A stretch of DNA of 64,000 bases from the NCBI GenBank assembly GCA_050298595.1, contig JBNKUM010000094.1, positions 189,539 to 253,538 of the forward strand. The letters run 5' to 3'. Below, in pieces: positions 51,059 through 60,432 of this stretch (position 1 is its first letter; every line of letters starts with the position of its first letter). Under the pieces are notes generated by a model, which was not told the origin of the DNA, made no database searches, and was given only the letters and a program-made list of their open reading frames with translations. Position numbers and translations under genes: made by a program. Source of the stretch: Gammaproteobacteria bacterium (lineage in GTDB: Bacteria; Pseudomonadota; Gammaproteobacteria; GCA-001735895).

Positions 51059-51673
51059 ATGAGAAAGCTTTTAAATGCAATTTTAACTGCAAGTCTGTTT
51101 TTCTGTGCTACTCCGGTCATGGCTATTCCTTTTTACTATGAGGCTAGTGATGTTGCTGGTGTCGGTACAGTGGCTTATGGGGTCGGAGCACCCGTATTTG
51201 ACTTTTTGGCTAGTTCGGGATCAGTAGACACCAATATGGCTGGTTTCGTTGCAGGGAACTACAGTATCGATGTGACTCTGGCTAACTTATGGGTAGATGT
51301 TAACGAGGATGGCACCAATGACTTTACTTTGTCGGATCAAAGCTTATCGTTAGGTGCCTATTATATTCCTGCGATCCCTCTTTCTGGGTCGTATGGTGCT
51401 CTGGATTGGGCTTTCGATCCTTATAGCAGTGTACATCTTTCTTATGATTTTGGTGACACGGGTCTTACAAATGAGCAAGTTAATGGAAGTCTTGCTTTAT
51501 TTGATATTCTCTATGGTGATGGCGCAAATGGCTTTATGAATGCAAATATTGGTTGGGAAACTCTTCGGATAGACCTGACGGATACTGCTCCCGTTCCTGA
51601 GCCGGGCACATTCATCCTGCTGGGTGCAGGTATTACCGGGCTCGCATTTTATAGACGCAGGAAAAACGCATAA
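51059..51673 (+). CDS. PEP-CTERM sorting-domain protein
   Basis: Signal peptide; VPEP-TM-RRRK C-terminus. Confidence 0.92.
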   Translation: MRKLLNAILTASLFFCATPVMAIPFYYEASDVAGVGTVAYGVGAPVFDFLASSGSVDTNMAGFVAGNYSIDVTLANLWVDVNEDGTNDFTLSDQSLSLGAYYIPAIPLSGSYGALDWAFDPYSSVHLSYDFGDTGLTNEQVNGSLALFDILYGDGANGFMNANIGWETLRIDLTDTAPVPEPGTFILLGAGITGLAFYRRRKNA

Positions 51674-51943
51674 ATTTCAGTAAGCTGTCCTATCCATTGG
51701 ACTTGACCCCGTGTTGGTATTATCAAACATGTGCGGGCGAATCTATCATATGAATGACAGTTCGATTGCTGGTAAAAAAAGCGCACTGCTTTTTTTCGCT
51801 GAAAAAGGGGAGCAAGTGTGCTGAATGGGTGATCATTGAATAAATGCAGGTTAATAGATGAGTTTCTGGTGTCAATTACACCCTTGAAAAACAGAGGTAT
51901 GGCGTTTATTCTGCCTATTCTTAATCCATTGGAAGGGTTCGAT

Positions 51944-52459
51944 TTGTTTAACAATATTCTTACAGTTTGTACAGCCAATATCTGCCGCAGTCCGATGGCC
52001 GAATACCTCCTGCGTTATCGGCTTGAGCAGACGGGTAATTGGCAGGGCCGGGTGTGTTCAGCAGGTGTTTCAGCGCTGGACGGCCAGCCCGCAGAAGCGG
52101 ATACAGTGGCGATGATGTTGAGTCGTAGCATTGATCTTTCTCCCCACCGAGCCACGCAGCTGACACGGCAGCAACTTCGCCAGGCTGACCTGGTGCTGGT
52201 GATGGAGAAATATCACCGACAGAGGGTGCTGGAGCTGGATTCCACTGCAAGGGGGAAGACCTTTCTGCTGGGCCACTGGAGTAATAGTGAAATAGCCGAT
52301 CCATACCAGCGTGGTGGCGAAGTGCACGCCCAGGCTCTGCAGTCAATTAAAAATGGGCTGGAGCAGTGGCTGGAAAAAATGGGGGTTACTGATTATACGA
52401 TTGACCGGACCAGTATATCGACTTCAAGGCATGGTATTCCTGGTCGACTACGCACATAA
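51944..52459 (+). CDS. wzb: low-molecular-weight protein tyrosine phosphatase
   Basis: CTANICRS and DPY motifs. Confidence 0.9.
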   Translation: MFNNILTVCTANICRSPMAEYLLRYRLEQTGNWQGRVCSAGVSALDGQPAEADTVAMMLSRSIDLSPHRATQLTRQQLRQADLVLVMEKYHRQRVLELDSTARGKTFLLGHWSNSEIADPYQRGGEVHAQALQSIKNGLEQWLEKMGVTDYTIDRTSISTSRHGIPGRLRT

Positions 52460-52478
52460 AAAAATAAAGGAATCTTAT

Positions 52479-53660
52479 ATGGGAGTTTCTTTTTTGCTTC
52501 CCAGGTGGTTATGGGTGACTATCGTTTGTCTTGTCACTACTGCACTGTCGGCTTGCGCCTTAGCCCCCGGCAGCTATCTCGGCAAACGGCAGGAATCCGT
52601 GATCAAGCTTCCGCAACAGCAAGGAGATGAACTAGCGCCAGCCAACATTAAGATCAAGGAGATCACTGCGGAGTTGATCATCGATATGTTCAACGCGGCG
52701 CGTCTGTCGCGGGCAGATGGCAGTGATGCCGCCATCAACAGACCCGCTCAACCCTCCGCAGTCGACCCTGCGGTAGATACGATCAACTACAAACTCGGTC
52801 CTGGCGATATTATTTCGATCATCGTCTGGGATCACCCGGAACTTACAACACCGGCGGGCACCTTCCGTGCGGCTGAACAAGCCGGTACTGTCGTTGCAGA
52901 AGACGGCACGATCTTCTTCCCCTACGCCGGAGTCATCCGAGTTGCCGGGCTGACTACTCGCCAGGTCCGTGATGTCCTGGCTAGCAAACTCGCCAAATAC
53001 ATCGAAAAAATCCAGCTCGACGTGCGCATGGCCCAGTTCCGCAGCAAGCGGGTGTATGTCGTTGGCGAGGTCGCCCGACCCGGTACGCAGGAAATCACCG
53101 ACATTCCGATGACCATCCTGGAAGCTGTCAACCGTGCAGGTGGATTCACCCCTGAAGCCGACTATAGTCGTGTGTTACTCACCCGTCGAGGCACCACATA
53201 CCGGGTCGATATCCAACTGATGTACGAACAGGGTGCCACCGAGCAGAATGCCCTGCTTGAACCAGGAGATATCGTGAATGTCTCGGACCGCAGCTACAAC
53301 AAGATATTTGTCCTCGGCGAAGTCAACAACCCCGGTTCACTGATTATGAACAAGAAACGCTCGACCCTGGCAGAAGCCCTGGGAGATGCTGGCTACATTA
53401 ATCAGGATAAGGCCAACCCGAGCTGGATCTACGTCATGCGTGGCGACAGCAATACACCCGAGCTTTTTCATCTTGACGGCAGCTCTCCTGATGCCATGTT
53501 GCTCGCAGATCGCTTTCCACTGCACCCACGTGACATCGTTTATGTTGATGCTGATGACCTTGTGCGCTGGAACCGTGTGATCAACAATATCCTGCCCACC
53601 TCGAATATGCTCAACATTACCAGCGGGATACGCTACCCACTTTTCGGAGGCCGGCAGTAA
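52479..53660 (+). CDS. wza: polysaccharide export outer-membrane lipoprotein
   Basis: Lipobox LSAC; YKLGPGD, VWDHPEL, SLBB repeats. Confidence 0.92.
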   Translation: MGVSFLLPRWLWVTIVCLVTTALSACALAPGSYLGKRQESVIKLPQQQGDELAPANIKIKEITAELIIDMFNAARLSRADGSDAAINRPAQPSAVDPAVDTINYKLGPGDIISIIVWDHPELTTPAGTFRAAEQAGTVVAEDGTIFFPYAGVIRVAGLTTRQVRDVLASKLAKYIEKIQLDVRMAQFRSKRVYVVGEVARPGTQEITDIPMTILEAVNRAGGFTPEADYSRVLLTRRGTTYRVDIQLMYEQGATEQNALLEPGDIVNVSDRSYNKIFVLGEVNNPGSLIMNKKRSTLAEALGDAGYINQDKANPSWIYVMRGDSNTPELFHLDGSSPDAMLLADRFPLHPRDIVYVDADDLVRWNRVINNILPTSNMLNITSGIRYPLFGGRQ

Positions 53661-53755
53661 GCTCGGCTAAAACAGCAATTGGGTGCACTGCCAGTGACGC
53701 CCAGAATAGATCACCATCCGGCTTCATGCCGGGTAGCGGTTAGAACGGAGAAAGC

Positions 53756-56023
53756 ATGGAATTAGACCAGCTTAAGCAAACCATCCCACAGAGCGTAGTT
53801 CAGCCTGGTCTGCAACAGCTAGCTCAGGAAGATGACACCATAGAGCTTGGTGAAATCATCGGCGCTATCACGGAGCGTAAATGGCTGGTTGCAATTATAA
53901 TCCTGTTGTCGTTGATGATCGGTGCTGCCTTGGTATTCGTTTCTACGCCGATATACCGTGCTGATGGACTGCTGCAGATAGAGGAAAAGAGTACCGGTAT
54001 GGAGAAGTTAGAAGCCCTGCAGTCCCTTATCGGCGATGATACCTCTGTATCAGCCGAGATCGAGATTCTCTCCTCGCGTATGATTCTGGGGCGCGTGGTA
54101 GCAAGGCAGAAGCTGGATATCGTCGCAGTACCCAAAACATTCCCACTGATCGGCGGTGTGATTGCCCGCCGCTACGTGGGTGATGGCCCCAATCTACCCT
54201 GGTTCGGTCTTTCCAGCTATGCCTGGGGCGGGGAGGTCATCCAGGTCGACTCGTTTTCCGTCCCGCAGGAATACCTCGACCACCCCATGCTGTTGCTCGC
54301 TGGCGAGGCAGATGCATTCAGCGTTATCGATGAGAGTGGCAAGCAAGTGCTCAGTGGAATCGCCGGCACTCGCACAGGAAACGAGGGGTTCTCCATCTTC
54401 GTCACGCAGATCAAGGCGAGGCCGGGGACCAGGTTCCGACTGATTAAACTTTCTGAAGAATCGGCCATCAACAATTTGCGCGCGCACTTCGGAGTCAGGG
54501 AGCGCGGTAAGCAGTCCGGCATTCTGGAACTGAGTTTTACAGGCTATGACGCCAATAAAATTGGTGTTGTGCTGGATGAAATCCAGAAAACCTACTTACG
54601 TCTGAATGTCGAACGCCGTTCGACCCAGGCCCAAAATACCCTCAAATTCCTGGAGACTCAGCTTCCCGTTCTTAAAGAGCAAGTCGACACCGCAGAAGCC
54701 GCCTACAACAGCTATCGCCAGAGCCGGGGTTCGCTAGATCTCAGTCTCGAAACACAGGGGGTGCTGAAATCGGTAATCGACATCGAGGATGCTACACTAA
54801 AACTCAAGCAGGAAAGGGAGCAACTGCGCCAACGCTTTACCGCTGAACACCCGATCATCCAGGCGGTCGATGCACAGCTTGCAAGGCTCAATGATCGCCG
54901 CAAACAGTTTGATCGGGAAGTAGCCCGATTGCCGGACACCCAGCAGACCGTGTTACGCCTGGCGCGAGATATGGAAGTGTCCACCAAGCTCTATATCGAG
55001 CTACTTAATACCGCTCAGCAATTGAAGGTATCAAAGGCTGGAACGGTAGGCAACGTACGGATCATTGACAGAGCCCTTGTTAAACGCAGCTCTGTGGGTA
55101 CTAAGCCCATTATTATTCTCGGCATCGCCTTTCTGCTCGGGCTAATGGCGAGTATGCTCACCATCCTGTTGCTGCGTGTCCTGCGAGTGGTCGTTGAAGA
55201 CCCGGAAACCATTGAAACCAGACTTGGATTGCCGGTATACGCCGTTGTGCCCCACAGCGAAGAGGAAGCGGCACTTGAGCGTAACTGGCAGAGAGGTCAA
55301 AAGAAAGGTCAAAAGAGAGGTCAAAATAGACGTAAAAAGAGAGGTGAATTGTTGGCCCTGATGATGCCGGATGATGATGCGGTGGAAAGCCTGCGCAGTC
55401 TGCGCACCACGCTACACTTCGCCCTGGTGGACGCGCCGCGTAGCTCCCTGCTTATTACCAGTCCCTGCCCCAGTGTAGGGAAGAGCTTTGTTTCGAAAAA
55501 TCTCGGTACAGTATTGGCTCAACTTGGCAAACGTATCGTGATCGTAGACGCCGACCTGCGACGTGGTCATATTAATAAGGAATTGGGGTTGGAGCGCGAA
55601 ATCGGTATTTCGGAGTACATTAGCGGCCAGTCCTCTTTCTCGGAAATTGTTAAATCCACATTGGTCCCCAACCTGTTTGTGGTCACTACTGGACAGATCC
55701 CCCCCAATCCGTCCGAGCTGCTGATGCATCCGCGTTTTGAAGCCTTACTAAGCGAGTTGAGTGGGGAATTTGAAGCTATGATTATTGATGCGCCGCCTGT
55801 GCTTGCTGTTTCCGATGCGGCCATCATCGGCCGCCATGCGGGGGCGACCCTGATTATCGCGCGTGCGGGCAAGCACCACATTTTCGAACTCGAGCAAACA
55901 GTCAAGCGGCTCAATCAGGCGGGTGTAAAGGTCAAGGGGTTTATCTTCAACGACCTCAATACCGATCGCCAGCGCAAGCGTTACGGGTACAAGGGCTACG
56001 TCTTTCAATATTCATACAAGTAA
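53756..56023 (+). CDS. wzc: polysaccharide co-polymerase tyrosine autokinase
   Basis: Two TMs; GKS Walker A; DADLRRG; IIDAPP; Tyr-rich tail. Confidence 0.93.
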   Translation: MELDQLKQTIPQSVVQPGLQQLAQEDDTIELGEIIGAITERKWLVAIIILLSLMIGAALVFVSTPIYRADGLLQIEEKSTGMEKLEALQSLIGDDTSVSAEIEILSSRMILGRVVARQKLDIVAVPKTFPLIGGVIARRYVGDGPNLPWFGLSSYAWGGEVIQVDSFSVPQEYLDHPMLLLAGEADAFSVIDESGKQVLSGIAGTRTGNEGFSIFVTQIKARPGTRFRLIKLSEESAINNLRAHFGVRERGKQSGILELSFTGYDANKIGVVLDEIQKTYLRLNVERRSTQAQNTLKFLETQLPVLKEQVDTAEAAYNSYRQSRGSLDLSLETQGVLKSVIDIEDATLKLKQEREQLRQRFTAEHPIIQAVDAQLARLNDRRKQFDREVARLPDTQQTVLRLARDMEVSTKLYIELLNTAQQLKVSKAGTVGNVRIIDRALVKRSSVGTKPIIILGIAFLLGLMASMLTILLLRVLRVVVEDPETIETRLGLPVYAVVPHSEEEAALERNWQRGQKKGQKRGQNRRKKRGELLALMMPDDDAVESLRSLRTTLHFALVDAPRSSLLITSPCPSVGKSFVSKNLGTVLAQLGKRIVIVDADLRRGHINKELGLEREIGISEYISGQSSFSEIVKSTLVPNLFVVTTGQIPPNPSELLMHPRFEALLSELSGEFEAMIIDAPPVLAVSDAAIIGRHAGATLIIARAGKHHIFELEQTVKRLNQAGVKVKGFIFNDLNTDRQRKRYGYKGYVFQYSYK

Positions 56024-56278
56024 TCAGGTACTACAGGGTATTGCATAACCAGGCGAACTCAAATCAATACCTCGTCAGCTTGCGGCGGGGATTCCAGGAT
56101 AATCGGCAGCTGATACTGGTTCGCCAGGGCAGCCCACAGCTAAATAGTGGAAGCTTAGGGTGCCTTAGATGAGGGTTTTCCCTTAATCGATTTTAAATGT
56201 CTGCACTAGACAGAGTGCACAACTTTGCGTTAAATGGGCACAAGTGCAGCATTGAGATAACCTGAACAGGATACGGCA

Positions 56279-56752
56279 ATGAAATGGAAAAACTGGCTCG
56301 AGAACTGGGATTTAACCGCACTTAAGATCAAGGCTCCTTTCCTTGAGATGGAATGGAACCCGCACGAGCCGGATCGGGATGCCGCCTGGGAACTGTACGT
56401 GGAGCTGTTAACCCGGATCACCACGCAACCGCTGGCAGCTGATGAGGGCGATGAAAAAACCGCGCTCGACAGTGTTTATTCATTGACCCCGATAACTCGC
56501 ACCATCATCAAGCAACATGGCCGCGACAGTATCGCGTTCACCCGGCTGGCCGTGGTGGTGCTGAATCAGATCATCCGGCCCTTTACTGCGCGCTGGCACA
56601 CAGTTTACCTGCAGGGGGAGTTTAACAATCCACAGACCTGTCAGCAGTTCCGGGAAGAGTTGTCCGAGTTGCAGAAGTTTCTGCGCAAATATACCCAGAT
56701 GCTGGCGGATATGGCCGGGGTGGAAGACCTGACGGCGCTAGAGGATGAGTAA
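56279..56752 (+). CDS. conserved hypothetical helical protein (WELYVELLTRI)
   Basis: 157-aa ORF overlapping the start of the next gene. Confidence 0.75.
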   Translation: MKWKNWLENWDLTALKIKAPFLEMEWNPHEPDRDAAWELYVELLTRITTQPLAADEGDEKTALDSVYSLTPITRTIIKQHGRDSIAFTRLAVVVLNQIIRPFTARWHTVYLQGEFNNPQTCQQFREELSELQKFLRKYTQMLADMAGVEDLTALEDE

Positions 56753-57578
56753 GGCTCCGGCAACCATGGAGGATCAGACATCCACGAAAACTATCCTTGT
56801 CCCCGACATCGACTGGGTCACCATTCCCGCTGGGGAATTCATTTATGGAGAGGGTGAAACACAGACGACGCTGTATCTGGATGCTTTCGAGATAGCCCGT
56901 TACCCGGTGACCAATGCCCAGTATCAGTGTTTTATCGATGATGACGGTTATGAGGACAACCAGTGGTGGCAGGGCCTTGAAAAACAGACGGTCGAACGCT
57001 CAGACTGGCCACAGGGCAACAGGCCGAAGGTCAAGGTGAGTTGGTACGAAGCGACGGCCTTCACACGCTGGTTGTCGGCACGACTGAACAAGGACATCCG
57101 CTTGCCGTTCGAACATGAATGGGAGAAGGCGGCACGAGGTGAAAAGGGGCTAGTGTATCCCTGGGGTAATGAATATGAAACAGGATTTGCCAACGTCAAC
57201 GAGTCAGATCGTAAGGGGGGAGTCTACCTGAAACAGACAACGGCGGTTGGTCTGTATCCACGTGATGACTCGTCAAACCAGATCAGAGACATGTGCGGAA
57301 ATGTCTTGGAATGGTGTAATGAATTTGGAACTGAATCTGTAGAATCAGATGATGATGAATCTCGTATGCAGGTGCTGCGCGGTGGTTCCTGGATTTTAGG
57401 CCCTGAGTTTGCGCGCGCCGCCTTCCGCTACGGAGGCAGTACCTACCACCATGACATCAATCTCGGGTTTCGGTTGTTGCGTTCGCCTGGTGTGCCTGAT
57501 GCTAGTCAGTCATCGAATTCCAATGGATCGTGGAATTCTAACGGGACGTGGAATTCCGTGTCAGGGCGGAAGAATTAA
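56745..57578 (+). CDS. standalone FGE-sulfatase (CLec-fold) domain protein
   Basis: YPVTNAQY, EWEKAARG, GNVLEW, RGGSW and GFR motifs. Confidence 0.9.
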   Translation: MSKAPATMEDQTSTKTILVPDIDWVTIPAGEFIYGEGETQTTLYLDAFEIARYPVTNAQYQCFIDDDGYEDNQWWQGLEKQTVERSDWPQGNRPKVKVSWYEATAFTRWLSARLNKDIRLPFEHEWEKAARGEKGLVYPWGNEYETGFANVNESDRKGGVYLKQTTAVGLYPRDDSSNQIRDMCGNVLEWCNEFGTESVESDDDESRMQVLRGGSWILGPEFARAAFRYGGSTYHHDINLGFRLLRSPGVPDASQSSNSNGSWNSNGTWNSVSGRKN

Positions 57579-57602
57579 TTTCGCTGGTAAATTTTTTTTT
57601 TG

Positions 57603-57622
57603 GCCTGCCCTGTCGGGCGGGC
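57603..57622 (-). other. GC-rich hairpin with GACA loop, 17 nt downstream of the FGE effector stop (DGR-type cruciform or terminator)
   Basis: Minus strand GCCCGCCC-GACA-GGGCAGGC, 7/8 bp. Confidence 0.5.
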
Positions 57623-57639
57623 AGCCAGAGAACAGCAGA

Positions 57640-60432
57640 TCATGATGGGGGCGAACGCAACAACCGAAACCCGAAATTATAGCTACGGCTGTCGGGAAGG
57701 TTCAAGCTGCGGAGGGCGGCGCGCGCAAAGTCTGGATTAAAGTACCAGCCACCGCCGCGCATCACCGGCAAGCTGGGCACCTCGACTTCTTCATCAGGTT
57801 TGTCGAAGTCGTTACGGCACCATTCCCAGACATTACCTGATGTGTCCAGAACGCCTTCCTGTGTTGAGGCATGGCGGTAAACCCCGATAGCGGTGGTTTG
57901 TTCCAGAAAATACGCACCATCTTTGTTTCTCTTTTCATTAACATTGGCGTAACCGCTCAGGTATTCAGCACCCCAGGGATAAACACGGCCTTGCTGACCA
58001 CGCGCGGCACGCTCCCATTGAGTTTCGTGGGGCAGGGTGACAGAGTAACCGAGCCGGTAGGAAAGCCAGCGTGTAAAGGCGGTTGCCTCGTACCAGTCAA
58101 CATTGGTTTTGGGTCGGTTACCCTGTGGCCATTCTGAGGGTTCCTTCTGTGGTTTTTCGAGGCCTGTCCACCAGCGTTCATCATCATAGCCTTTGTCATC
58201 GACAAAGGCCTGGTACTGTGCATTGGTGACCGGGTAGCGTGCGATCTCGAAGGCATCGAGATAGCGTTTTTCTTCGTCGCTGTCTTTACCGTAAATGAAT
58301 TCTCCTGCGGGTATGTTTACCCAGTCGATCTCGGGCCAGCTATCTGCATTCAGGCCAACGCCGAAACGCGGGTCACCGCCGGGCATGTCATTCAGCTCAT
58401 CGCCGATTTTCAGGCGTCGTTCAGGTTGGGTTTCGGGGTTGTCGAGTTCAGCCAGCAATTCATCAACAGGGGATGTTCGCGTTTGTGCCTGGGGATCTGG
58501 GCCGGGTACCTCAATTTCGATGGTGCCTACACCGGGGCGCGGATCGCCGATCTCATCCAGACGGTCGCCGATTTCGAGACGGCGTTCGGGTTTAGTATCG
58601 GGGTTTTCGATTTCGGCAAGTAGACTGTGAATATCTACCCAATAATAGATGTAGTCGGCAGTAATCCGCTCGATATCATCGATTGGCCAGATGGTTTCAG
58701 CGCTCTGGTAGAGTGCGTTTTTCTCCAATTCGGTGTGCGAAGCGAGGTGAAATACAGGGATATTAAACCGTCTTGCCAGGTTTGCTTCGTCAATGCGCGG
58801 ATCGCCTTTCATCAGGGGCATGGTTTCAAGTGAATGGATAACGAGTAACGCCGTTGCAGTTGGCAGGATACCTTCAATTGGTAATGGCTGCTCGGTATTT
58901 TGATTAACCACAGTCTCCCGATCGATACATTTCAGACCCTGGTCATGCAATTGCTGGCGGATTGAGTATGCCCATTCCTCGCTGCCGAAACCCCATGAGA
59001 TCCAGACGGTGGGCAGGGTGTTGTCAAGCGCTTCGGTTTCGCTTTCAGCGGTCTCGTCAGAGGGTTTTTGAGATTGGTTTAAGGTATAGAATTCGGCCTG
59101 GTTCAGCAATTCCTGTGGATGCTCCATCCAGCTTCGCAGGGCCTGTTGCAGTTGCAGTTGCTGTTCCACGGAATCGAAATGTTCCAGCCCCGGCCAGTCG
59201 ATGAGCGACGCGCGGCCGGATTCGCTCATGGGTGGTTCGACATCGTCGAGGCGCAGGAACAGCCCTTCTGGCAGATATTCAGTTTCTTCAGTGGATTGTG
59301 CCTGCCAGTATTTTTCGGCGTTGCGGCTCCAGATTCGAACAATGGGCCTGATGTCGTCTGGATCCTGTTGATAAACGTTACGCGGTGATTCCTCGTGCAG
59401 TTCGCAGGGAATACCCTGATCATGCAGCCACTTGCTGATCTTCTCGACGTCCGCGTAATCCGCCTTGAAGTAACTCAGTATGAGTGGCTGAACTTTATCC
59501 TGCTTCGTTGCTTTGTTCGATTCTTCAACTGGCTCGTAGCGTTCGGCACTCAGCTCCCACTGGCGACCTTCGAGTGTGGCCAGAACAAAAGATGCGGCGG
59601 GCTGATCGATTTTGATGCGTGTGTTGTTGCCTACGCTGTGCCAGTGTCCGGGTTGGCCAGCCGGTTCGATATACAGGCGGGCGGGTAGTGGGGTGGCAAA
59701 CTCGATAGCCTCCGAGTCTGCCGACGCCTCGGTGAACGCGATAACCTGGCCATGCTCTGCATCTTGGTGAATTTCGGCCAGCAGCCTTGAGATGTCCAGC
59801 GCTGCTGGCAGTTTATCCTTCAGTGACTGAGGTAACGCCTGTCGTTTATCCGGATTTATCCAGCTGTTCGAATCGCCCAAAGCCTGGGCGGCGTAGTTTG
59901 CGAGCACACGGGTTTCTTCCGATTTCTGGCCATTGTGCGTGATCACCGGCAGTATGCGCTTGGCGAGTCGAGACAGTTCAATACGCTCTTCGTCGTTGAT
60001 ATCCGCATGCAGGCGCCTGAGAATGCTTCCAACACCGGTTTCGATACCTTCAAGGTCGTCTCTGAGTGCGTAATAGCGCAGATCCCGCTCCAGCCGATCC
60101 TCGGCTGTCCAGTGGCGGGTGTGCCGGAAGGTGAATTGCCACAGCTCGTCAAGATCCTCTGCGGCTTGATTCGCTGCCAGCGCGGAAGCAACACCCTGAT
60201 GCAGGATGATTTCACTGTTTGAACGTGCTGCGATTAAAGGGCTGAACCAGAGCAATGACTCAACTTCGGCCTGTAGCTGAGGGGTAAATTCAAGACGTGC
60301 GTTGCGCAGCAGCAGGGGTTCAATACGTGGTGCCAGGATAAGGCATTGGGCAAGATCTAGCACTGCTGGATTTTCCTCCCGCACCTGGTTTATCAGCTCC
60401 AGCTCGTGGTTTTTGGCGGCTCTCCAGCTCAT
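57640..60432 (-). CDS. multidomain effector: helical N-domain, TIR-like segments, duplicated helical motif, C-terminal FGE-sulfatase
   Basis: RIEPLLLR...LWFSPL N-terminus; LILSY and VWISW TIR-like starts; 2x LLAE..NP.T.PERRL.IGD; FGE motifs. Confidence 0.82.
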   Translation of the reverse strand: MSWRAAKNHELELINQVREENPAVLDLAQCLILAPRIEPLLLRNARLEFTPQLQAEVESLLWFSPLIAARSNSEIILHQGVASALAANQAAEDLDELWQFTFRHTRHWTAEDRLERDLRYYALRDDLEGIETGVGSILRRLHADINDEERIELSRLAKRILPVITHNGQKSEETRVLANYAAQALGDSNSWINPDKRQALPQSLKDKLPAALDISRLLAEIHQDAEHGQVIAFTEASADSEAIEFATPLPARLYIEPAGQPGHWHSVGNNTRIKIDQPAASFVLATLEGRQWELSAERYEPVEESNKATKQDKVQPLILSYFKADYADVEKISKWLHDQGIPCELHEESPRNVYQQDPDDIRPIVRIWSRNAEKYWQAQSTEETEYLPEGLFLRLDDVEPPMSESGRASLIDWPGLEHFDSVEQQLQLQQALRSWMEHPQELLNQAEFYTLNQSQKPSDETAESETEALDNTLPTVWISWGFGSEEWAYSIRQQLHDQGLKCIDRETVVNQNTEQPLPIEGILPTATALLVIHSLETMPLMKGDPRIDEANLARRFNIPVFHLASHTELEKNALYQSAETIWPIDDIERITADYIYYWVDIHSLLAEIENPDTKPERRLEIGDRLDEIGDPRPGVGTIEIEVPGPDPQAQTRTSPVDELLAELDNPETQPERRLKIGDELNDMPGGDPRFGVGLNADSWPEIDWVNIPAGEFIYGKDSDEEKRYLDAFEIARYPVTNAQYQAFVDDKGYDDERWWTGLEKPQKEPSEWPQGNRPKTNVDWYEATAFTRWLSYRLGYSVTLPHETQWERAARGQQGRVYPWGAEYLSGYANVNEKRNKDGAYFLEQTTAIGVYRHASTQEGVLDTSGNVWEWCRNDFDKPDEEVEVPSLPVMRGGGWYFNPDFARAALRSLNLPDSRSYNFGFRLLRSPPS

